Shown here in pieces: positions 8,397-16,874 of a stretch of DNA of 38,904 nt (the stretch's first letter is position 1; every line of letters starts with the position of its first letter). This DNA is from Nitrospirota bacterium (lineage in GTDB: Bacteria > Nitrospirota > Thermodesulfovibrionia > Thermodesulfovibrionales > UBA6898), in assembly GCA_021825805.1 (NCBI GenBank), contig JAKAGF010000001.1:1-38904 (forward strand). Direction: 5' to 3'. The notes under the pieces were generated by a model, which was not told the DNA's origin, did not search any database, and saw only the letters and a list, made by a program, of their open reading frames with translations. A program made the translations under genes and the position numbers.

Positions 8397-9284
8397 TCAG
8401 GTTCGCTGCTGTCCCGCATCCGCCTGCGCTTCACTGTTCTTCCGGTATACGATCACCTTCTCGCGGTACTCGGGGGTGAACAGGTTCGTCTTCTGGATGA
8501 GGCTCTCCGCCGACCCGATGAACAGGTAGCCCGTTTCCGTGAGTGCGCTGCTGAAGTTACTGACGAGCCTCTCCGTAGCCGGATCGCTCATATAGATCAG
8601 GACATTCCTGCAGAAGATGACATCCACGGGCGCAAGGCCGGCGTAGAGGCCGCTGTCCAGGATATTTGCGTGCCTGAATTCCACATTCTTCGCGTACGCC
8701 CTCTTCAACTCGTAGCGGCCGTCTTCCACGGTAAAGTATCTTTGGATTCTGCTCATGTCGCCATTGAGGCTTCTGAAGGAGTTTGCCGTATAGGTTGCGG
8801 CATGCGCCTTGCTGACCGCCGTGCGATCGATGTCAATGCCGATGATCTCCACATCCCAGTTCCAGGCGAAGAGCCCGCTTTCGTGGATGAGGATGTTAAG
8901 GGAATAGGCCTCTTCGCCGCTTGAGGAAGCGAGAGACAGAATCCTGAGTCGCTGTTCTCCGCCCTGTTTCTCCCTCTTTATGTCCTGCAGTATCTCCGCC
9001 AGGGCGTCCAGTTGTGGACGCTCGCGAAAGAAATAGGTCTCGTTGTTGGTAATGTGAGACGCGAGAATGAAGAGTTCCTCGCGCGTCGGGTCCGCGACAA
9101 TAAAGTCATAGTATTCCTTGTATGTTGAGAGTCCCAGGATGCTCAGCCGATGGGAGACCTTTGTATGGAGGGTGAGCCTCCGGTCTCCCCGCAGCAGGAT
9201 GCCGAATTCCCGCTCGATGAGATCGCGAAGGGACGAAAACTCCTCCGCGCTCATTATTGTTTTTTTATCGGGAAAGGCCGTCAT
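8397..9284 (-). CDS. cheR: Chemotaxis protein-glutamate O-methyltransferase CheR
   Basis: 295 aa. It has the CheR N-terminal helical region (EEFSSLRDLIEREFGILL), a SAM-binding region (RILSLASSSGEEAYSLNILI) and VIFCRNVLIYM. It overlaps the upstream HEAT gene by 20 nt. Confidence 0.9.
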   Translation of the reverse strand: MTAFPDKKTIMSAEEFSSLRDLIEREFGILLRGDRRLTLHTKVSHRLSILGLSTYKEYYDFIVADPTREELFILASHITNNETYFFRERPQLDALAEILQDIKREKQGGEQRLRILSLASSSGEEAYSLNILIHESGLFAWNWDVEIIGIDIDRTAVSKAHAATYTANSFRSLNGDMSRIQRYFTVEDGRYELKRAYAKNVEFRHANILDSGLYAGLAPVDVIFCRNVLIYMSDPATERLVSNFSSALTETGYLFIGSAESLIQKTNLFTPEYREKVIVYRKNSEAQADAGQQRT

Positions 9285-10407
9285 TGCCGGCGCCCCCTTT
9301 CATCAACTGCAGGGAAAGCACTGCCGCTGCCTTCACCTCGTCAACAGGGTCCGCGGACAGCTTCACGAGGAGGGCCTTGGCCTCCGGCGTATTTACAGTC
9401 CCCAGGGCAAGGGCAGCCTCGGTCCTCACCTCGGAATCCGCATCGCCGGCAAACTCCGGAAAGGCATGGACTTCACCGGTCATGGAAAGAATTTTGGCCA
9501 ATATCCCCCTCTGCCCTCCCCGGCCCCTCAGCGCCCCGATAATGTCAGGAACAGCATCCCTGCCCAGAGCCATAAGACCGTTAATGGCATGTTCCTGTAG
9601 CCCGTCATCGCCGAGCGCCGCGATCAGGCATGGCGCTGCATCCGCCTTCCCGGCCCAACTGAGGGCGATGAGAGCGGCCCTGCGGACAGCAGCGTCGGGT
9701 GACTGCACAAGGTCCTTAAGGACCGGCAGCGTCTCCGCGATAAATAAGGGGGATGGCATCACGCATTCCCTTTCCGCGATGGTCACAAGCGCCCTGAGGG
9801 CCAGCCCGCCGATCTCGCCCCGGCCCACATACTGCATGAGTTGTTCCACGGAGGCGCGGTCTCCGGCCCGTTCAAGGGCCTCGCAGGTCATGCCCCGGTA
9901 TTCCCCACGGACGAGGAACCGGTGGAGGACCGTCCGCGCCTCATCCCCTCCTATCCTGCCAAGGGCGTCGACAGCCGCCATAACAGACCATGGGGAATCC
10001 TCAAGCCTTCGGGCGAGGACGCCGACCGCCCTCGCGTCGCCCATCTTCCCGAGGGCCTCGATTGCGGCTATACGCACGTTCACATCCGTATCCTCGAGGG
10101 CCTCGATGAGGGCCGTCAGGGCGTCCTTGTCCCCGATATCTCCGATCAGATTCGCTGCAAAAATCCTGATGTCAGCATCACTGTCCGAAAGGAGTGACAC
10201 CAGGAAGGCCGTTGCCCCGGAACCCAGGGCCCTGAATACCTCCATGGCGATATTCCTCGACAGATGATCCTCACCCTTCCTGAGCCATGATTCGAGGACA
10301 GCGAGGTGCCGCTCCTCATGGCCCGCTGCAAGCTCTTCGATCTCCTTCTTCCGCGACCACCAGTCTTTCGTCCTGAGCCTGTTCAGCCTGTCCTGGTTCT
10401 CGTCCAT
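9265..10407 (-). CDS. HEAT-repeat (PBS-lyase HEAT-like) protein, paralog 2
   Basis: 380-aa ORF with the same repeat grammar (DSDADIRIFAANLIGDIG, DTDVNVRIAAIEALGKMG, DSEVRTEAALALGTV, DPVDEVKAAAVLSL) and the same N-terminal KDWW/RDWW motif as paralog 1. The ATG at 10407 is preceded by GGGGGAGGA. Confidence 0.8.
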   Translation of the reverse strand: MDENQDRLNRLRTKDWWSRKKEIEELAAGHEERHLAVLESWLRKGEDHLSRNIAMEVFRALGSGATAFLVSLLSDSDADIRIFAANLIGDIGDKDALTALIEALEDTDVNVRIAAIEALGKMGDARAVGVLARRLEDSPWSVMAAVDALGRIGGDEARTVLHRFLVRGEYRGMTCEALERAGDRASVEQLMQYVGRGEIGGLALRALVTIAERECVMPSPLFIAETLPVLKDLVQSPDAAVRRAALIALSWAGKADAAPCLIAALGDDGLQEHAINGLMALGRDAVPDIIGALRGRGGQRGILAKILSMTGEVHAFPEFAGDADSEVRTEAALALGTVNTPEAKALLVKLSADPVDEVKAAAVLSLQLMKGGAGNDGLSR

Positions 10408-10428
10408 TCCTCCCCCGTTCCCCGCCGA

Positions 10429-12939
10429 CTACGCCTCTATGCCCTGAATCGCCTTGAAGGCCTCACAGGTCATGCAGTTCCTGAGCTTTGAGCGGAAATC
10501 TCCCTGCTGGCTGCCCTGGCACCACGTTCCTGCTATCTGCCAGCAGCGATGTTCCCCGACATTATATGCCGGGCATTTATGCCGGGAGCTGGTCGGACAG
10601 TTCATGATATCCCAGCACCTCTTGTTGCCGTTGGAATGTATGATAAAGGAGCTGATGGAGTATTGGAGGTTTTCTATCTGAAAGAGAGTCTCCTCCGACA
10701 TGCCCACCATGTCCTTTGACAGATTGAGGTTCTGGCTGGATATGTTGCTCATGCCCTCCATGGCCTTTACTATCGTCTCGCCGCCGAGCTTCTGTTCGGC
10801 GGTCGAGTTGGCGACCCCCTGCGTCATGGTGCTCATGATCTCCACCGCCTGGACGATCTGCCTGGCGCCGCCTACCTGTTCCTTGACCGCGGTCCCGACT
10901 TCGTGGACCAGGGTCTTCATGCGTTCAATCACCTCGCGCATCTGCCTTCCGCCGATAGCCTGCTCCCGGGTGGCGGTGTTCACTTCCTGCACCATTTTGT
11001 TCATCCTGTCGATTGACTGCCGAACGCTGCCGGCTCCCTTTGCCTGGGCCTGAGCCGCGGCCGCGACCTCATCCGACGACGTATTCATATCAACCACATA
11101 CTTCATCACCTGCTCAATGGCCGTGTTCAGTTCTCCGGCGGACTTCGCGATCCCCTGTATCACGTCGGAACTCTCCTTCATGGACGTGATGATCGACGAG
11201 AAGGCGTCCCTGCTGTTCTCCGCAAGGGTTATGCCGTCCTTGCCCTCGCGGTATGTTTCTTCGGTCGCCTTGATCGCAGTCACTGTTTCCTGCTGCACCT
11301 TCTTGATCACCCCGCCGATCTCTTTCGTCGCCTCCATGGAACGCTCCGCCAGCTTCCGTATCTCCTCCGCAACAACGGCGAAGCCCCTGCCGGCGTCACC
11401 AGCCCGCGCCGCTTCTATGGCCGCATTCAGCGCCAGAAGGTTCGTCTGGTCGGCGATCTCGTCGATCACCTCCACAATCGATCCTATCTCCTCTGAGCGT
11501 TTCCCGAGGTTCTGGATGATCTCCATCGTCTTTTCCGTTGTCTTGCCGATGTTCTGAAGGCTTTCCATACTCCGGTATATAGCCTTGCCTCCCTCCTCGG
11601 CCTCGCTGAATGCGTCCCGGCTCAGCTTGTTGGCGCCGCCGATCCTTCCCACAACCTCCTTGACGGTCCGCGTCATCTCCTCGATCGTCCCCGAGGTCTC
11701 CACTACCATGCTCTTCAGGGAATCAGCGCTCCTGGCAATCTGCTCAATGGACGACAGGAGGTTCTCAACAGTCATCGATGTGTCACTTACCGAATCGGTC
11801 ATCGACGACGTATTCCTCGCCGTCTGGTCCACGGACACCAGCATCTGTTCAATCGTCGCCGAGGTCTCCTCCACCGAAGCGGCCATGCTGTCGGCGCTCT
11901 TGCCGACCTGCGCGATGGATGCGGCCATCTCATTAATGGTCGCGGATGTTTCGTCCACGTTCGTTGCCAGCGCCTCGGCGTTTTTTGCCGCCTTGGAGAT
12001 GGAGACCGACATCTCTTCCACCGACGACGTCGTCTCATCCGTTACCGCCGCCTCCTCCTGCGCCGCCTTCGAGAGCTGGGTCGAGCCCCTGGAAACCTTG
12101 TCGGCATTCAGGGCGACATGGTACGAGGAGGCCACCGCATTCTTCACCATGCCCTGGAGGTTCTTCACCATATCGTTGAAGTAACCCGCAAGCATCCCGA
12201 CCTCATCCTTGCTCTTCATGTCCAGCTCCTGCGTCAGGTCTCCCGCGCTTATCTTCTTCGTCGTCTCGGCCAGCTTCATCAGCGGCCGGGTGATGCTCCG
12301 GCTGATAATGAGTCCGGCGGCAACGGTGAGCAGCGCCGCGACTATCAGGACCCCTGCCATCACTCGGATGGTCTGTCCGATTACCGCATGGGCCTTTCCC
12401 TCCATGGCGTCAATCCGCTTGTTGCCCTCATCAGCAAAGTCTTTTGCGGTTGTTTCGAGGCGGTGTATCTCGTCCTTGTATTCCGTTATCGCGGCATTGC
12501 CCTCCTGCGGCGTCTTTATCTTCTTTTCCTCAACCTGTCTGAAGACCTTGAGGAACCCAGCTTCATAATTAGCGCCCTCAGTCCTCATCGTCTTGACTAC
12601 CGCTTTGTCCTGCTCGGTAATCGCTGCCTTGTCTATGTCATCGAGCCGTTTCTTTAAATGGTCGAGCTGCTCGTCCCATTTCTTGCGGTACTCAGCGACC
12701 TTCTCCGGCTTTTCGATGTTCAGGAATATGTCCTTTTCGTACCGCCGCAGGCCGAGGACATTCGCGCGTGCGCGCGCGGAATGCTCCGCGATATTCCCGT
12801 CTATTTTCAGCATCCTTGTCATCTGCCTCGAAACCGTATCTACGCCCCAGTAAGCGGTGCCGCCCAGGACGAGCAGCAACAACAGCAACAGCGTGAACGC
12901 GATACCCAGCCTGACCCCTATTTTCACATTCTCAAGCAT
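10429..12939 (-). CDS. Methyl-accepting chemotaxis protein (4-helix-bundle sensor, HAMP, extra-long signalling domain, C-terminal 7-Cys module)
   Basis: The track ORF is 10429..13041. I moved the start to ATG 12939, which has AAGGAGG just upstream and is followed by TM1 ([27 protein letters not shown]). The periplasmic region is 4HB-like ([11 protein letters not shown]), followed by TM2 and HAMP. The MCP hairpin tip reads [41 protein letters not shown]. The C-terminus is [10 protein letters not shown]...NCMTCEAF. Confidence 0.93.
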   Translation of the reverse strand: MLENVKIGVRLGIAFTLLLLLLLVLGGTAYWGVDTVSRQMTRMLKIDGNIAEHSARARANVLGLRRYEKDIFLNIEKPEKVAEYRKKWDEQLDHLKKRLDDIDKAAITEQDKAVVKTMRTEGANYEAGFLKVFRQVEEKKIKTPQEGNAAITEYKDEIHRLETTAKDFADEGNKRIDAMEGKAHAVIGQTIRVMAGVLIVAALLTVAAGLIISRSITRPLMKLAETTKKISAGDLTQELDMKSKDEVGMLAGYFNDMVKNLQGMVKNAVASSYHVALNADKVSRGSTQLSKAAQEEAAVTDETTSSVEEMSVSISKAAKNAEALATNVDETSATINEMAASIAQVGKSADSMAASVEETSATIEQMLVSVDQTARNTSSMTDSVSDTSMTVENLLSSIEQIARSADSLKSMVVETSGTIEEMTRTVKEVVGRIGGANKLSRDAFSEAEEGGKAIYRSMESLQNIGKTTEKTMEIIQNLGKRSEEIGSIVEVIDEIADQTNLLALNAAIEAARAGDAGRGFAVVAEEIRKLAERSMEATKEIGGVIKKVQQETVTAIKATEETYREGKDGITLAENSRDAFSSIITSMKESSDVIQGIAKSAGELNTAIEQVMKYVVDMNTSSDEVAAAAQAQAKGAGSVRQSIDRMNKMVQEVNTATREQAIGGRQMREVIERMKTLVHEVGTAVKEQVGGARQIVQAVEIMSTMTQGVANSTAEQKLGGETIVKAMEGMSNISSQNLNLSKDMVGMSEETLFQIENLQYSISSFIIHSNGNKRCWDIMNCPTSSRHKCPAYNVGEHRCWQIAGTWCQGSQQGDFRSKLRNCMTCEAFKAIQGIEA

Positions 12940-12995
12940 CCTGACCTCCTTGCAAAATATCACCGAATTTCGTAATGGACCGCCGGCTCGGAATG

Positions 12996-15356
12996 TCACC
13001 CCACTCCCTGGATGACCCGATAAGCCTGACACGTCATGCAATTTTTAAGCTTCGAACGGGCATCGCCCTGCTTCAATCCCTTGCACCAGGTCCCGCTGAT
13101 GCGCCAGCAGCGGTCTTCTTCGGCATTGAAGGCCGGGCACTGCTGCCGCGAGCCCGTCGGACAGTTGAGGATGTCCCAGCAGCGGTGGCCGCCGTTCGCG
13201 CTGATCCTGAAGTTGCTCATTGTATACTGGAGGTTCTCAATCTGGAAGAGGGTGTCCTGGGCAAGATCAACCATGCCTTTTGAAAGCCTGAGGTTCTCGG
13301 TGGATATCTGGTTCATGCCTTCCATGGCCCGGGTGATATTCTCGCCGCCGTGTCGCTGCTCTGCCGTCGCGTTGGCCACTCCCTGCGTCATGGCGCTCAT
13401 CGTCTCCATCGCCTGCGCGATCTGCTTTGCCCCCCCAACCTGTTCCTTCACCGCAAGGCCTACCTCATGCACGATCGACCTCAGGCGGTGCACCATCTGA
13501 CGTATTTCATGACCGCCCTTTGACTGCTCCGCGGCGGCGATGTTCACCTCCTGGACCATGCGGTTCATCTTGTCGAGCGAACCGCGGATCGAGGCCGCGC
13601 CGTTTGCCTGCTCCTTAACGGAGACCGTCACCTCGTCGGCGGACGCGTTCATGTCCATCACATACTTCAGCGCCTGTTCAATCGCCGTGTTCAGCTCTCC
13701 GGCTGACCTGGCTATCCCCTCTATCACCTCGGAACTCTGCTTTACAGACGTAATAATCGCCGAAAAGGCGTCGCGGCTGTTTTCCGCGAGCAGGATGCCT
13801 CCCTTGCCTTCGCGGTAGGTCTCTTCCGTTGCCTTGATCGCAACCCCGGTCTCCTCCTGCACCTTCTTGATCACCCCGCCGATCTCTTTCGTCGCCTCCA
13901 TGGAACGCTCTGCCAGCTTCCGTATCTCCTCCGCAACAACCGCGAAGCCCCTGCCGGCGTCACCAGCCCGCGCCGCTTCTATGGCCGCATTCAGCGCCAG
14001 AAGGTTCGTCTGGTCGGCGATCTCGTCGATCACCTCCACGATCGATCCTATCTCCTCTGAGCGTTTCCCCAGCCCCTGGATTATCCCCATCGTTTTTTCG
14101 GTCGTCTGTCCGATATGCTGCAGGCTCTCCATGCCCCGATAGATCGCCTTGCCGCCCTCTTCAGCTTCCTGGTACGCCTCCTGCCCGAGCCGGCTCGCGC
14201 CCCCTATCCTGCCCACGACCTCCTTGACGGTCCGGGTCATCTCCTCGATAGTCGACGTCGTGTCGCCCACCATGTTCTTGAGCGAGTCGGCGCTCCGCGC
14301 TATCTGTTCGACCGACGCCAGCAGGTTCTCGACCGTCAGCGACGTTTCGCTCACAGCGTCGGTCATCTGCGCCGAGTGCTTCGCCGTCTGCTGTACCGAC
14401 GCAATCATCCCTTCGACCGTCGCCGTAGTCATCTCTACCGACGCCGCCATCTGTTCGGCGCTCACGCCCACCTGCTCGATAGAGGCGGCCATCTCGGCGA
14501 CCGTCGAGGAGGTCACCTCGACGTTCTCCGAAACCGCCTCAGCGCCCTTCGCCACCTGCCCGATAGACACTGCCATCTGTTCCATGGAGGACGTCGTCTC
14601 GTCCGTAGCGGCCGCTTCCTTCTGCGACGCAGCGGCTATGGCATTTGAGTTGTCCGAGACCCGGCCGGCAACGTCCACCACCCTGAAGGCCGACTCGAGC
14701 GTCTGGCCGACCGTGCTCCTGAAACTCCCGATCATCCTGTCGATGTCCCGGCTCAACTCGCCGATCTCGTCGCCGGCGCCGGTGTCCAGAGTGCGGGAGA
14801 GGTCGCCTGCGGCCACCTTCTCCATCCCCTGCTTGAGCCGCTGAATAGGCCGATGGGCGAGCACCCTGAAGAGGACATAGACTATCAGGGAAACCGACAG
14901 GATCGTGCCGGCGGAAAGGAGCAGGACGATGAGCTGGGACCTGCGCAGCGCCCGATTGATATTATCGGTAGTGAAGACGATCCTGGCGGCGCCGACCTGC
15001 TCGCCGCCCTGCATGATCGGACTCGCGTACTCCCTGAGCTCCACGGCCCCCTCCTTCTGCTTCAATTGCGTGAGGGGCTTTCCGTCTTTGTCGAGAATCA
15101 CCGCATGGACGATATCGGCGTCACGGGACGTGATGTCAGCCACGTAATTTTCGAGGTAGGCGAAATTATAGCTCAGGATCGGCTCGGCAGAGATACCCGC
15201 GAGAAACTTTACCAGATTGTCGCCCCTCTTGTTCAGTTCGGAAAGGAAAAGACGACGCTCGTGCATCCCTATGCTCACGATCGTCACCACCGATATCAGG
15301 GCCATCGCAAGCAGGATGCCGGAAAGAAATTTTTTCGTTAATTTCCAGTTTTTCAT
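12996..15356 (-). CDS. Methyl-accepting chemotaxis protein (small periplasmic sensor, HAMP, extra-long signalling domain, C-terminal 7-Cys module)
   Basis: 786-aa ORF. It has TM1 ([20 protein letters not shown]), a ~120-aa periplasmic domain, TM2, HAMP ([40 protein letters not shown]), the same hairpin tip as the neighbouring MCP, and the C-terminus [10 protein letters not shown]...NCMTCQAY. Confidence 0.93.
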   Translation of the reverse strand: MKNWKLTKKFLSGILLAMALISVVTIVSIGMHERRLFLSELNKRGDNLVKFLAGISAEPILSYNFAYLENYVADITSRDADIVHAVILDKDGKPLTQLKQKEGAVELREYASPIMQGGEQVGAARIVFTTDNINRALRRSQLIVLLLSAGTILSVSLIVYVLFRVLAHRPIQRLKQGMEKVAAGDLSRTLDTGAGDEIGELSRDIDRMIGSFRSTVGQTLESAFRVVDVAGRVSDNSNAIAAASQKEAAATDETTSSMEQMAVSIGQVAKGAEAVSENVEVTSSTVAEMAASIEQVGVSAEQMAASVEMTTATVEGMIASVQQTAKHSAQMTDAVSETSLTVENLLASVEQIARSADSLKNMVGDTTSTIEEMTRTVKEVVGRIGGASRLGQEAYQEAEEGGKAIYRGMESLQHIGQTTEKTMGIIQGLGKRSEEIGSIVEVIDEIADQTNLLALNAAIEAARAGDAGRGFAVVAEEIRKLAERSMEATKEIGGVIKKVQEETGVAIKATEETYREGKGGILLAENSRDAFSAIITSVKQSSEVIEGIARSAGELNTAIEQALKYVMDMNASADEVTVSVKEQANGAASIRGSLDKMNRMVQEVNIAAAEQSKGGHEIRQMVHRLRSIVHEVGLAVKEQVGGAKQIAQAMETMSAMTQGVANATAEQRHGGENITRAMEGMNQISTENLRLSKGMVDLAQDTLFQIENLQYTMSNFRISANGGHRCWDILNCPTGSRQQCPAFNAEEDRCWRISGTWCKGLKQGDARSKLKNCMTCQAYRVIQGVG

Positions 15357-15421
15357 GTTGTATCTCCTCGCCCGTTTTTCCGGGGAACCCTAATCAGGCA
15401 AAACAGCCGCGCAGCCGCAAA

Positions 15422-16282
15422 TCAGAGAGCGCCCGCCAGTCTGGCCGCCTGGCGGAGGTGATCATAGTCCCTGTCCGACACCGGAGAAAAAGCGGTAAGC
15501 TTCGCCGACCCCAGGACTTTCTCGGTCGCGGCTTCACCATGTTTGAGCTTGAGCAGCGCGGCCCTTACCTTCTCGGCTGTTGCTTTATTCAGCTTGTTCG
15601 TCGCAAATACCGGCCAGTTGGGAAAATAGTCGGTATACGAGACGATCTTGAGCTGATTCACATCCACCTTGTCCTTCATCTTTTCGAGATCGTCCTCGCG
15701 GATGCCGCCCGCATCAGCCGATCTGTTAAAGACCGCCATCGTGACGTTGTCATGCTTTTTCGCAAAGGGGAGTTTGATGAAATCCTTGTTGACATCGAGC
15801 CCCGCCTTGCTCAGCAGGAGCATCTGAAAGATATACCCGGCCGCTGAATCCTTTTCCACAAAGATGAGCTTCTTGCCCTTCAACTGCTGGATCTTGTCGA
15901 TGCCGCTGTCCTTGCGTGCGATGATGACGCCCCTGAACTTCGTCCCGCCTTTTTTTTCAGCGGAAAGGGCGAGCGGCTCGATCGCCGCATCCTTCTTCAG
16001 CTGCACATAGATAAGCGAATTGGCAAACCCCAGTTCCACCTGCCCCGCCTTCACCATGGCCTTGAACGTGTCAAAGTCCTTGGGCACGACGAGGGTCACC
16101 TGCTCGCCCGTCTCCTTGGACAAATACTCCGCAAGGGGTCTGAACATGGCGTTGAGTTCCACCGCGCCCAGGCGCGGGAGTATCCCCAGTTTGACTTCGG
16201 CCGACGAAAGTCCCTGCGCCGCCAAGAGCACGAACACAATAATAAGAGCACGAATAAGTCTGCTTCCAACTGCGTTGATCAT
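15422..16282 (-). CDS. Periplasmic solute-binding protein, PhnD-like (phosphate/phosphonate-binding fold); no cognate ABC transporter genes nearby
   Basis: I moved the start to ATG 16282, which has AGGAG upstream. The signal peptide is MINAVGSRLIRALIIVFVLLAAQGLSSA. The mature part (KLGILP...FRPLAEYLSKETG...ELGFANSLIYV...FRGVIIARKDSGI...AAGYIF) looks like the PhnD/Phosphonate-bd family as I remember it. Confidence 0.7.
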   Translation of the reverse strand: MINAVGSRLIRALIIVFVLLAAQGLSSAEVKLGILPRLGAVELNAMFRPLAEYLSKETGEQVTLVVPKDFDTFKAMVKAGQVELGFANSLIYVQLKKDAAIEPLALSAEKKGGTKFRGVIIARKDSGIDKIQQLKGKKLIFVEKDSAAGYIFQMLLLSKAGLDVNKDFIKLPFAKKHDNVTMAVFNRSADAGGIREDDLEKMKDKVDVNQLKIVSYTDYFPNWPVFATNKLNKATAEKVRAALLKLKHGEAATEKVLGSAKLTAFSPVSDRDYDHLRQAARLAGAL

Positions 16283-16322
16283 GTGATCTCCTTTCGGGTG
16301 TGACAAAATAACGGCAGTTTCT

Positions 16323-16841
16323 TTACCCCTGTTCCACATCACTCGTCTCGAATTTTTCGCGCCGCAGAAGCTTTTCGAGATCGAGCAGAATGACAAGACG
16401 CTCCTTCAGCTTGCAGACTCCAGTCAGGTAGTCGGTGTCCACTTCGAGCACCTCCTCGGGCGGCGCCTCCACAACGCCCGCCGGGACCCGGATAACGTGC
16501 GAGACGGCATCTACAAGCAGTCCGATCACCTTGCTGCCCACCTCCGTGACGATGATCCGCGAACTCTTGCTCAGGCCGCAATCCTCCAGTTTCAGCCGCT
16601 TCCTGAGATTCAAAACAGGGAGCACCCTTCCGCGAAGGTTGATGACGCCTTCCATATAGGCCGGCGAGTTCGGCACCCTCGTTATGCCCGCAACGCGGAC
16701 GATCTCCCTGACCTGGCTGATGGGGACTCCGTATTCTTCCCCCAGGTTGAAGGTGATGATCTGGGATTCCTTTAACTCTTCCTTGTAATCGGCCAGGATC
16801 TCCTCGGCAAGCCCCGCCGCGGGCAATTTCATGTTAGACAT
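16323..16841 (-). CDS. cheW: Chemotaxis coupling protein CheW
   Basis: The CheW-like domain reads IITFNLGEEYGVPISQVREIV...VINLRGRVLPVLNLRKRL...RIIV...GLLVDAVSHV. The start is set at ATG 16841 with GGAGG 9 nt upstream. The track start (TTG 16871) is also possible. Confidence 0.9.
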   Translation of the reverse strand: MSNMKLPAAGLAEEILADYKEELKESQIITFNLGEEYGVPISQVREIVRVAGITRVPNSPAYMEGVINLRGRVLPVLNLRKRLKLEDCGLSKSSRIIVTEVGSKVIGLLVDAVSHVIRVPAGVVEAPPEEVLEVDTDYLTGVCKLKERLVILLDLEKLLRREKFETSDVEQG

Positions 16842-16874
16842 GTTCACGTCCCTCCTTATCGTTGCAGTCAAGGA

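Noticed and set aside
9257-10267. 336-aa plus-strand ORF
   Set aside because: It is antisense to HEAT paralog 2. Its Ala/Ser/Arg/Pro-rich translation is a shadow of the repeat-rich gene.
10432-10617. Reading the 7-Cys tails as a ferredoxin-type 4Fe-4S motif, a CZB zinc domain or a rubredoxin-like knuckle pair
   Set aside because: There is no CxxCxxCxxxCP spacing. The His-containing CZB signature is absent. Only one CxxC pair is present. The module therefore stays 'uncharacterised Cys-rich domain' rather than receiving a specific cofactor call.
11585-14844. Several 100-230-aa plus-strand ORFs inside the MCP genes (e.g. 11585..12184, 14149..14844, 12118..12657)
   Set aside because: They are antisense shadows of Ala/Glu/Ser-rich coiled-coil coding sequence. 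The minus-strand translations carry unmistakable MCP motifs.
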